Shown: one piece after another, positions 1 to 10,100 of the stretch
Numbering within the stretch: position 1 is the first letter of the stretch
Layout: every line of letters begins with the position of its first letter
Assembly: GCA_050230475.1 (NCBI GenBank)
Contig: JBFLGF010000214.1
Span: forward strand, 49,893-69,892
From: Ancylonema sp.
Lineage: Eukaryota
Reading direction: 5' to 3'
Length of the DNA stretch: 20,000 nucleotides
The notes under the pieces: generated by a model
What the model saw: the letters and a program-made list of their open reading frames with translations, nothing else
Databases searched by the model: none
What the model was told of the DNA's origin: nothing
Position numbers and translations under genes: made by a program

Positions 1-24
1 CCAGCTGTCCGCCATCTCCATATG
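1..24 (+). CDS. MATE/DTX transporter, internal exon (partial, continues upstream of window)
   Basis: Frame from 2 reads QLSAISI + TG, then a GT donor at 25. Splicing to 155 gives SAISICVNT, matching the plant DTX S-x-S-I-C-x-N-T motif. Confidence 0.75.
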
Positions 25-154
25 GTACCCTACCTCCCCCCCCCCCATGCCCCCCGCCCCCCCTCCTCCCCTCCACCCCCCCCCCTCCCCCTCCCTCACA
101 CAGTACCCAACCCCTTCTCCCCCCCCCCCCCCACCCCCTCGCCCCCCCCCAAAG

Positions 155-656
155 CGTGAACACGGGCTATTTCGCCTTCATGCCCGCCTACGGTTTCTCC
201 GCCGCTGTCAGCACCCGGGTATCCAATGAGTTGGGGGCGGGGCGTCCAGCTGGCGCCAGGGGTGCGATAACCGTATCCCTCGCCCTCGCTTTCTCCAACG
301 GCCTCCTCATGCTGGCAGCCATTATGGCGGGGAAGCGGCCGTGGGCCCTCCTCTTCACCTCAGACGCTTCGGTGCTGGAGCTGCTGAGTCAGATTCTGCC
401 CATAGTGGCAGTGAGCTGTGCCCTGGACGGGGGTGGGGGGGTGCTCTCGGGGATTGTGAGGGGATGCGGGAGGCAGCGGTTGGGGGCGGTGGCCAACCTG
501 GTGGCCTACGACGGGATCGGGGTTGGGTCTGCGGTTGTTCTGGCCTTCGTTTTCCACCTGCAGGCCAAGGGGCTGTGGTTGGGGACCAGTCTAGGGGTGG
601 TTGCGCAAGCCTCTATTCTGGGGATATTAGTGGGGCTCACAAATTGGGATGAACAG
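155..656 (+). CDS. MATE (multidrug and toxic compound extrusion / DTX) efflux transporter, exon encoding the C-terminal MatE repeat
   Basis: Plant MATE signatures GFSAAVSTRVSNELGAG, VLSGIVRGCGRQRLGAVANLVAY, GLWLG and TNWDEQ. AG acceptor at 153-154; CAG|GTAAGA donor after 656. Confidence 0.93.
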
Positions 657-795
657 GTAAGAAGGGGGGGGGGCGTTGGGGGGGGGTTGGGTATGGGGGG
701 GTGGTTTTGGGGCAATTTGAGAAGGGGGTGGGTTGTCTTACATTGGGTCTGGATTGGGTAAGAAATGTTTTTTTGGGGTCTGACATTTTTCGCAG

Positions 796-876
796 AGTGA
801 GAGGGCGTTGGATCGCATTACAGCAGAGGATTATGCGGCTCTACCAGACGGGGTGTCATCTATAGAGGAGGCGTAG
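796..876 (+). CDS. MATE transporter terminal exon
   Basis: Acceptor ttttcgcag|. Phase-0 join gives TNWDEQ|SERALDRI...EEA*, resembling the DTX W-x-x-E-A-x-K-A-x-x-R tail. TAG at 874-876. Confidence 0.8.
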   Translation, partial: SERALDRITAEDYAALPDGVSSIEEA

Positions 877-2958
877 AGAAGTAAATGGGATGATGGGATG
901 ATGAGATGGGGAGGACTTGGTTGGGATGACTCCTTGTGAACGAGGTGGGGACTTTTTGTAGGACTTTCGGTAGGGTCCTTTTTTTTTTTTTTTTTTTTCT
1001 CCTCCCCTTTCTCCTTTGCGTAATAAAAATAAACATGTGTGTCTGGAAAACACGAGGATAAATTTATTTATTTATGTTTGGTATTCATTTGGAGTGAGTT
1101 GCTCAAGACGGCATTGATGTTATGATGCCCTACTGCGACCTTGATTGTTGAGTAGTACAGTTTGGCCCTTTGTCAAGGTTAACCTGATCCAAATATATAT
1201 TTTATTACTCTTTACCTGGTTCCAATGCAAAGCGCTAGCACTGTTCTCATGGGCTTGGCCACATAGCCTTTTGCGCACAAGTTTTAAAATCCCAACATCA
1301 CCTTTGCTTGCGTCCCCTATTCCAAGTCACCAAATGCTTGTTTGGCATTATATGCGCCTATGTAACGAACCAACAAATGTGATGATGAGAAGGATGTGGA
1401 TTTGTACTAGCCAACTATTCCACTCAAAAGTTCAAATGACACTATGGTATTGATTAGAGATCATGACCCGGAAATAATTCCGAGAAGGGCGGGTCATTTA
1501 TATGTGGGTCACCGGATAGGAGTAGAAGTTCAGATATTTTGGAAATTTGATGTTGGGCGCGCGGGTGGGTCAATCCTGGATTAACCGCGTTAATTAACTA
1601 TTGTTTTTCAAACCTGGGTCATTATCTTTGGCTAGTACGGTAGACACCAAAAACACAGCAATATAACGACTTCGGTTGATCAACTCACGGACTTAACTGT
1701 CCCGATCAACACGTTGTGTACATGTGGACATGTTGCGTGAAGCAACGCACATCAATATGTGTCCAAGCCCCAGCACGTGTGTCTGTATTCGCCCTGCTTT
1801 AGTGAGAATCCCGAGTGCGTTGATTTTCCGCATTATCCGCATTAAAGATACCGTCTCAAGCATGCTTGGGGACTTGCGGGAATGCATGTAGAAAGAACAC
1901 GCAAGGACTATTCCCCCACATATGAAAACACGATGACTCTCTCACCTCATGAAAATCCGTTTACAAGTTTACAAGAGCTAAAGCACCGTTGTTGTAAACA
2001 ACACGGTACCTCAATTAGTAAGAGCAAGGGCAAGGGCATGGCAAAAGCACCATTGAGCCGCTGGTTGTGTGCAACACGAGAACGTTCGAATTTGATTTGA
2101 TGTCGAGTATATAACGCTCGCCACAAAGCATCAATGTGTGTGTGTGTACATATTTGTCCAAAAACTTTGGAACCTTGTGTAAATGCTTGCCGCGTAACGA
2201 ACACATTGTCTGCAAACCAAAATACTAACTTGTGCCGTGTTTCATTTGTATTACACCAACACGACGTGCCATGCATCAAGTGGTTTGAGTCTCTATCCTA
2301 TGTCGTCTTGGTCCAAATGCATACTCCCCCAATACAAGTGACACTCAAGTGGATTTTACCCGTCGAGGTCATTGTTCACTAAATTGTGCCAATCGAGGAC
2401 GTCCCGGTAAAGGGGGTACTTCGACATAATCTCTTTACGGAAGGATTTGTCGATCGTCAGTTCCGTACTAGCCACTTCTAAATCCCCAACGTTCTTATAA
2501 AATAGTATATTTATTCTTCCCCCACTTCTTGTCCCAACCAAATAGTTATTAACCCACTACGATATAAACCCCCAAAAATATTGAAATTATTAATCAATAT
2601 CATTGCCCCCCCCTAGCCCCAAACCATCAATTAGTGGGGATTAAAGTTTGCCGCTACGAATATATTGAGAATGTCGTTATTGAGTGACGGGGGATGTATT
2701 GCATCGGGATGTCAAGATCACATATTAGGTGTCGCTCGTCGTAACAACATTGTTATTTCCTCGTCCATACCAACCGCGCGATGGCCAGCCGCGTACATGA
2801 CGGATGCACCCCCCAACCGGGGCAAATTCAGTAAGGGGGTCGACCAGCTGCTCAATCAACCGTCCGAGTGCAAACGGCATGTTTATGTGCCTTGAGTGTT
2901 GATGGTCTGTGATCCCCCGTCTGGTAACTTCAATGCCTGGAGTTCCCCAACCGCACTA

Positions 2959-4077
2959 CAGTGCTCCCTCGATATAAAGACAAAAAAAAACCAATAAAGT
3001 GTCGTTATATCGAGGTGTCATTATACACTGTATAACGACATTTACTACTAGAATCTGAAATCTCTGTCCTTGTATCGAGGGACTTTGCGAATGAAACAAA
3101 GTGAATAAGCAAATGTGTTTATTATGTGTTTCCTAGAGTAAGTTGCCTCGGCATGATTTTCCAATTCAGCGTGTGTGTTGATATACGAGCTACACAAGTG
3201 CGTCATGATACCAATACATGCGGATCATAGTTGCGTCCCGGACCGTCCAGGGATCTCCGGACGCGTCCGGAACGCGTCCAGACCCGGACGTGTCCCGGAC
3301 GTGTCCCGGACCCAGACGCCAGAGCCAAAATTTGATATTCATATATTTGGAACCCCGATATTCGTGTAACTTCAGGTTGAAAACTTTTTTCTTTTTTTTT
3401 GCATCATAGTTGCGTCCCGGACCGTCCGGGGATCCCCTGACGCGTCCGGGACGCGTCCTGGGCCGGGCGTGTCCCGACCGCGTCCGGCATCCTCGCGTCC
3501 GGGACGCAACTATGATGCGGATGGACAAAATATACTACAACACTTTACGAGGAGAGATGGGGAGGTATTAAGGTTGTTACAAAGCAACACCGGACACGCA
3601 CATTCTGTTGGACATGAAGTAAAAGCAGCGGAAGGTTGGAACAATGAACAACATGGACATTTTTTTACAAGTGGTAACGTTAACATTGAATGAGTGTAAC
3701 TTGTGAGTGCTTCCCAACCCAAGAGGAACTACTACTACATATACACGAGCTTAGTTCTGGACCATCCGAGGAGGACAGAGGCGGCGTTCTCCATGACATG
3801 TGGAACAACTCGAACACGTTGTAGAGAATCTGAGGTGTCGTTCATGAGGTTTCTAGATTTTTCTCGATTACCATACATCGTTATCTGCGAGCACTAGCGT
3901 TATATACACAGTATAACGACATTCAGTAACAAATTTCTGAAATAATTTATAATTATATAGAGTGTTGTTATGCTTATATCGAGGGCAATTTCATATTGAT
4001 TTGAAAAAAGTTCCCAAAAACTGTCGTTATATCGAGGTTGTCGTTATAAATAGGGTCGTTATATCGAGGGAGCACTG
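2959..4077. mobile_element. Non-autonomous Tc1/mariner (pogo/Tigger-like) element
   Basis: 23-bp TIRs CAGTGCTCCCTCGATATAAAGAC / GTCGTTATATCGAGGGAGCACTG (1 mismatch). TA on the left flank, TTA on the right. Internal TIR-derived repeats GTCGTTATATCGAGG at 3001 and 4023. No transposase ORF recognised. Confidence 0.85.
3226..3514. mobile_element. hAT-type MITE, family A, copy 1 (inserted in the Tc1/mariner element)
   Basis: Perfect 18-bp TIR CATAGTTGCGTCCCGGAC. Perfect 8-bp TSD ATGCGGAT at 3218-3225 and 3515-3522. Confidence 0.93.
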
Positions 4078-4403
4078 TTATTGCGGTCTCGGACCCCCCA
4101 GCCACACAAAAATGAGTGGTGGGCGCAAGTCTGGTGATGGGACGCCCCCGTGAATATCCCCGTGGGAAGGGGCCACCGTTCCCCCACAAGAGACCCCCTC
4201 CTCTAGGTGGGCGGTTTTTTTGGACAAACTGAAACGGCGTGGGGTTGGCGGGGCTAGTCGGGGCTCGGTGAGGCATCTAAGCATAGTTGGCCCCGTCCCG
4301 GGCGGAAAGCGGGGCTTAGTCCGGAGCGGGCCCGCCCGAGTTGGAAAGCGGGGCGAAATTTGTGGGGCGGAGCCATAGGTCTAATTACCATTCAAAAGAA
4401 AAA

Positions 4404-5820
4404 GGGAGAGACTTCGGGCACCCCCAAAAGCGACTGCGGGCACCCCCCTCCAACAACTCAAAGTCTCTCACTTTTTTTACTCCACACTGATCGGGAAAAA
4501 AAAAGAAAAAAAAAATGCTAACATCAACCACATAGTCCCCTTTGCCATGCCGAGAAAAAAATATTTTGAATATCGCAAATCGTTTGTCTATGATTTTTTG
4601 AACTTGGCTATTGTTAAGGGAGAGACAGCGGGGCACCGGGAGGGGGGTGCCCGCATTCGCTTTGGAGGGTGCCCGCAGTCTCTCCCATAGTTGCACGGAC
4701 CGGCGGACCGGGGTCCCGAGGTCCCGACTCCGGACCGAGGTCCGTCCTTTTGGGTCAAAAATCCGGACCGGCTGTTTAGGGTAATATCCGTTTTTTGGGG
4801 GTTTTAAGGTGGTTTCCGTGGAGAAAAAACTCCGGAAGTATTTTTTTCGCGAATAAAATTATATTTAACATCTTATAAAAATGTAAAAAAAATGTTAGGC
4901 CTATCAAATAAGTAATTAAAACCTGCAATGCATCATTGTAGATAGAGTTTTTCACCACTTTCGAAATACATCACTTGGGAAAATGCAAGAGTCAATTTGG
5001 AATGGTTATAAGTATTCCATATTCTTTCATTTTCCATACGTTACAATGTAACTCTGAAATGATACTCATGTGAGGCTCAAAAAAATGTGATGAAGGGTCA
5101 CCGTCTCATGAAATAAAGTAAAATTAGAAACACCTTATCAAACATTATCCTGATTTTGTTTTCCACGCTCAAAACCTTGTACTCAAACTTCTCTCCACCT
5201 TAAAAACAAATTTCTAACTTCTCACTTTCCTATTCTACATAAATGAATGGGTAACTTCCCTATTTGTAATTTACTGACCTTCTCAAAATCTATCCTTCCC
5301 TATAACTCCATATTTATATGAAACGGGAAAAAAAAACATTACGACCTCTACACCCGTAATGTTTGTTTTATTTTCACACCCATAACACTCTTCACTGTTT
5401 ACAACACCTTAAATAACCCCCCTCTCCCCACTTCCCACTCCTCACTTGTCACTCCCCAAAAATCTTTCCTCACTCCGAATAACACACTTCCAAGTACCAA
5501 CTTACACCAAAATTTAAGCCATTTTGTCAATTTTAAATTGCACCATCTCAATCAATGGACGGTTGAATATGAACATGCTATTTTATTTTAGTTATTATTC
5601 TAATTTGCTACAACTTTGCAAGCCACAAATGACAGAGTTATATCACACGTGTGAGGTACAGGAAAAAAATTGAAGCCCCAAGTCCTTTTTCCCCGCGGAA
5701 AAGTTGCCTGACAAAAAAACCCTAAAAGTTCCCCGGTCCGACCGGGTCCCGACTCGGGACCCGGTCCGACCGCGGTCCGAAAATCCGATGTTGCCGGTCC
5801 GTGCAACTATGGTCTCTCCC
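4404..5820. mobile_element. MULE-like MITE (about 280 bp once the hAT insertion in its right TIR is removed)
   Basis: TIR GGGAGAGACTTCGGGCACCC against the reconstructed right end GGGTGCCCGCAGTCTCTCCC. Flanks CAAAAGAAAAA (4393-4403) and CAAAAAAAAAA (5821-5831) fit a long A-rich TSD. Superfamily assignment is inference. Confidence 0.7.
4686..5811. mobile_element. Non-autonomous hAT element, family B (innermost layer of the nest)
   Basis: Perfect 19-bp TIR CATAGTTGCACGGACCGGC. Perfect 8-bp TSD GTCTCTCC at 4678-4685 and 5812-5819. GGACCG/CGGTCC subterminal repeats and an AT-rich non-coding interior. Confidence 0.93.
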
Positions 5821-5964
5821 CAAAAAAAAAAGCCGCAATGCGGATATATGGTTGGTTTTGTTCAAAACCAACTTATTAGAGAGTGTACGACATACGCCAA
5901 ACGTCCGACATCATCTAATGTCACTCATCATTCGGACTCCGTGGCGGGGCGTGGTATAATGAGA

Positions 5965-5991
5965 TAATAATAATAATAATAATAATAATAA
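5965..5991. repeat. (TAA)9 microsatellite
   Basis: Read directly from the sequence. Confidence 0.95.
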
Positions 5992-6474
5992 AGCCTTGAG
6001 AAATCCAAAAGAATATAACACGAGTAAAGATGGCAGGCGTTCTTTGTGTTATACAATCTTGAATACTGGTCGGATTTTATTTCTTAAAAGATGTACATGA
6101 ACTACGTAGTATTGGGATCCTTTATCCAAAGAACCTCAAAATCCTTCGTGGCTCACTGCCGGACGGAAATCGGGGCGGAATTTGCGGGGCGGAGCCAACT
6201 ATGCATCTAAGGGCTTGGGCGCCCCCCAGCGCCAAGGGGATTGGGGCAAATGTCCTCATGAGCTCATGAGCGCAGATCCATGCGGTCCTGCCGACAGAAC
6301 AATCTGCAATCTGAAGGCAGCCGGGAAGAGCTCCCAACGACCGCTCAAAGATTCATGTCAAAGCCTGCGGCTCATGGCAAAGCACACATGTTCACCGTGA
6401 TCGGTCAGAACAGGTGATTATCCTGAGAGAGGCCCCCCATTCTCTTTGGAAAGGGACTGTTGGGGTGTGTGGCT

Positions 6475-6492
6475 CTGCTGCTGCTGCTGCTG
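6475..6492. repeat. (CTG)6 microsatellite, likely in the 5' leader or promoter of the MYND gene
   Basis: Repeat read directly; its relation to the gene is inferred. Confidence 0.85.
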
Positions 6493-6589
6493 TCTTTTGG
6501 CAGCTGCTCGTAACCGTAAATCGGGATATCGTGTTTTCCTCACCTCGTCCTTTTCCTCACTTTCAGAGCAGGCATTTCTCCTTTCAGAA

Positions 6590-7815
6590 ATGAGCGAGGT
6601 AATCCAATATGCAATTTTTGCCGTCCATTGCCCTGATTTTGTGCAGAGAATGGTCGAATGCCTTTTCCAGTCAATACTAAGTTGGCTTACTGCTGCGTTC
6701 CTTTCTTTCCATCTGTCTCGGTATCACTTTTGGCGTCTCCGCTGTAACTCCGCAGTGCGGACCGCCTTGCAGTTTTGCTTTGCGTGAAGGGGTGCTCACG
6801 GTATCTCTGTCTCGAACTAGTTAAGTAATCTAGTTCGATAATTTGAGCCAGAGATAGATATTCATCTCAATAGGACACACCAGTACAACCAGCTCGTAAG
6901 GCCATGGAGCATCAACCCTTTCTCATTCGCTGCGTCATTACATTGAGGAGTAGCTCAACCCAATTGCCGTGTACGCTGTCTTGATGAGGCTTCTCCTATT
7001 TTTTTTTCGTCCAGATGAAGAAGTCTGAAATCCGGACAGAAGAGAAAACCGGGCTTTCTTCGAGCAGTCTTCAATAAGGAGCGGACGGAGATGACTCTGG
7101 TGCTGGAGATAAGGCGGTCCTTACGTCTTCAGTGAAGAACAAACTCGAGGAAGACAAGAACAAGCTGAAAGCACAGGAAGCGGCTGGCACCGGGAGGTAA
7201 ACCATGTGTCCATCTGTCCTTAGTTTCCCCGTCGTCTTAGTAGACTGATCAGTAGACCGAGAGACGACCCATCAGAGACCTATCAGTGATCTTCCATAAA
7301 TCTTGTGAATCGAAAATATCTTCTGCGGCAGCATCCTTGGAGAAGAACCGGGGAGTAAGGAGGGGGCTGGGGAAACTATAATTGTCACCCTCGCCGGCAC
7401 TTTCTTTGCTTAAGGACCAGGTTAATATAATTAAGCTTGGCACATAGGTCTTTATCAAATTATTGTCTCCTAGTCGCCCGTGTCTAATGTGTACCTCCGT
7501 TCTGTATCACTTCTCCTCATCTGCTCGTTTAATATTTTGAGGCTGTACATCTGGATTCTGTACCGATTTGCCCCATATGTCGTGACGGCATTGCTGTCCT
7601 GCAGCTTTGGTCATGAAGGACGCCACCAGTGACAGCTCGGATCAGGAGTGTTCAATTATTGTGTTTTTTTGTTGTTTGACCAGCAGCAACGGTTCGTTGC
7701 AAAATGGTGACCTTGCAGAAGGATGTGGGGATGGAAAGCGGGCTACTCCAAAAAAAGAGTCAGGAAAGAAGCAAAAGGAGTCGACGTCCACCACTTCTTT
7801 AGTGAGCCAGGACAG
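6590..7815 (+). CDS. Predicted upstream exons of the MYND gene: 6590-6598, 7015-7196 (in-frame TAA at 7075-7077), 7684-7815
   Basis: ATGAGCGAG|GTAATC; ttttcgtccag|ATGAAG...GGGAG|GTAA; gaccag|CAGC...GACAG|GTAAG. Intron phases 0, 2, 2 all keep frame with the terminal exon. The product is charged and Ser-rich. Confidence 0.5.
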
Positions 7816-7976
7816 GTAAGGTGGAGTTTTTTGGTCGTGGTCTGGGAGGGTGAAGTAAAAAATCGATGCACAGTTACGCGTAACCCCAGCTCATTCCTGC
7901 ATACTCGATCGTTCTAACATGCAAAACAGAGCCGGCTTATCTTGCCCCTCAACCGAAGTACCTTTCTTTTATGCAG

Positions 7977-9114
7977 CTCCAGTGATGCAAGCAAGCAGCT
8001 CGGGTCTCCCTCTGCCACAGACTCGCAAGAGAGCCTGGACGCTGCGATGGAGAAACTACACCTGACGTACTTGATGTGGGACTGCGGTTATGAGGAAGGC
8101 TGCCCATGGGTCAGTAAACTCAATGACAGCAGACCAGAAGTACTGGACGATAAACCTCAAGTGAACCTGAAGTGTGGTCGGTGTCTTCAAGTCAAGCACT
8201 GCTCGAAAGAGTGCCAGAAGGCGGATTGGCCCGAGCACAAGCTTGGCTGCAAGAAGAGTGAAATGGCACGGTCGCTTTGGGAACAGAGTCGTGTGGAACA
8301 GGTTGCTTATGAGAGGGGAGAGGCCATGCTGGAGGAGTTCGAGAGAAGTCGGCAGCAGCAGTTGGCGCGACTTCGTGAGGTGGACCGGAGGTGGGCAGCT
8401 GGCAGCATCGATGAGGAGACAAATGCGGAGCTGCTGAACACAAAGGAGGATGCGAGGATGATTTTGGACCAGCTTGCACAAGAGGTTTCATTAAAGAAGG
8501 AGGAAATGATGTGGACGCACAGAAACAAAGTGCAGCTGGAGGAGGCAAACGAGAAGCTGAAATTGACAAAGACGATCATGCGCACAGCCGCGAGGTTCAT
8601 GACCAGGCTTGTTGACATGAACAAGGAGAGGCTGGTGCTCATCGGGTTGTGGCTGTATGTGCTGCACAAGAAGAAAGGAGCCATCACAATCGAAGTGGAG
8701 TCAACGGCCGCCTTGGAAAACATCATCAAGTGGTTGGGGCAGAGACGAGGGGCATTCAAGGAGAGAGGAGAGAATGGGGGGACCAAGATGGTGCCCTCTC
8801 AGGCTGCCTCGGAGGTACTGCAGCTGCTCTTCCTAGGGGAGAAGGTGAAGGGTGTAAAGAAGCTGGCATACTTGACCCTTCCAGAAACGAAGTCCAAAAT
8901 CAAGGCCATGGAGAGGGCTTTCTCCGCCGTAAGCCCTACTGTCGTAGCAATGCAGGAACTTCAGTCGTGGAAAGATCTTGCGGATGACATGCAAGCATAT
9001 GACGAGCGCTGTAGTGTAATTATCCATATATCTCTTCTAGTTGAGGAAGTGAAAGATTATGATAACCAGCCGTTGCTTCTCTTGAAATGGTTGGAGTATT
9101 GCCCTAGCGGTTGA
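7977..9114 (+). CDS. MYND-type zinc finger protein, large terminal exon
   Basis: CGYEEGC...LKCGRCLQVKHCSKECQKADWPEHKLGC matches the zf-MYND pattern and is followed by an E/K/R-rich coiled-coil-like segment. Acceptor ttttatgcag| before 7977; TGA at 9112-9114. Confidence 0.88.
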
Positions 9115-9335
9115 GTTTCTTTTTGGGGTGTAGATTTTACCTCATTGTTTTAAGGATGGCACATAGAGTGTTGCCTCCGTGCTCGACCCAACATTTTGAC
9201 GTTCTGTAAATTATTACCCCGATTCATAATGCAAGTATGCAATACATTTTTGTGAAGCGCGGGACACATCAGCGATCATTGTGCCATACACATTAACCAC
9301 TCGACCACGAAGGCTTGTGGTGATACCATGTGGAA

Positions 9336-9614
9336 CATAGATGCGTCCCGGACCGTCCGCGGATCTCCGGACGCGTCTGGGACTCCTCCGGGCTCGGACG
9401 CATCCGGAACGCGTCCCGGACCCGGAAGCCACAACCAAAATCTGGTATCCACGTCTTGGGAACCCCCAAATTTGTGTAACTTCGGAATGTTGTTTTTTTG
9501 TGTTTTTTTTTGCATCTCAATTGCGTCCCGGACCGTGCGGGGATCTCCAGACGCGTCCGTGGCCGGCCGTGTCCCAGACGCGTCCCGAAACCTCGCGTCC
9601 GGGACGCAACTATA
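9336..9614. mobile_element. hAT-type MITE, family A, copy 2 (about 220 bp downstream of the MYND stop)
   Basis: TIR CATAGATGCGTCCCGGAC / GTCCGGGACGCAACTATA. Perfect 8-bp TSD ATGTGGAA at 9328-9335 and 9615-9622. Colinear with 3226-3514. Confidence 0.92.
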
Positions 9615-10100
9615 ATGTGGAACTTATCGGCACTCGATTAGACAGTGGTCACATTTTCATTTTCATTTTCAGTGGCACTCACAACAGGCACATTGGCGAT
9701 GATCTCAAATGATTTGAAACCTATCCGTTGATAGTCAATAACCTCTTTGAATGTATACATCCGACAATATTATTTTATTTTGTTTTTGTTTTTTTCGGAC
9801 CAAGTTGCTCGCACCATGCGTGGTTCTTCTCGTACACAATCCCTGATGTATGAACAAGGTAAAATGCTCAAAATTACCCGAATAAATTTGAAATCCCTAG
9901 AAAATAGATTGTTTTATGCATAAAATTGAATAAATTGTTCGGCATGCAACCTTATATTTGAAAACCACGAGAACATGCACATATACTAAGAAAACGCACA
10001 AAGAATGAACACCATATTTGGTTCTTCCGTCCACGTACTAAATGTGTTGGGAATGCGTCTTCTTTTTTTTTACCATTGAAAATTACAATCTGTAATGGCC

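Larger units (their letters stand above)
4282..6203. mobile_element. Non-autonomous hAT element (outer element of a three-layer nest)
   Basis: TIR CATAGTTGGCCCCGTCC / GGGCGGAGCCAACTATG (15/17). Perfect 8-bp TSD CATCTAAG at 4274-4281 and 6204-6211. Subterminal GCGGAAAGCGGGGC-type repeats at both ends. Confidence 0.9.

Noticed and set aside
47..229. Proline-rich 60-aa ORF (extensin-like)
   Set aside because: It is a translation of the poly-C MATE intron.
657..761. Gly/Trp-rich tail of ORF 156-761
   Set aside because: It is read-through past the GTAAGA donor into the G-rich intron; a better terminal exon lies at 796-876.
1464..1623. Possible small MITE (ATGACCCG...CGGGTCAT / CTGGGTCAT)
   Set aside because: The inverted match is only 7-8 bp and I found no convincing TSD.
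3175..3528. Arg/Pro/Gly-rich ORFs over the MITEs (also 9214-9712, 17839-18892)
   Set aside because: They are by-products of GC-rich palindromic MITE sequence and show no protein motifs.
7075..7077. TAA/TAG reassigned to Gln (as in some ulvophyte algae)
   Set aside because: The 1.1-kb MYND exon has many Gln codons and no in-frame TAA/TAG, and the MATE gene appears to end at TAG.
8056..9027. Overlapping antisense and alternative-frame ORFs in the MYND exon
   Set aside because: They are shadow ORFs of the real coding frame with no recognisable motifs.
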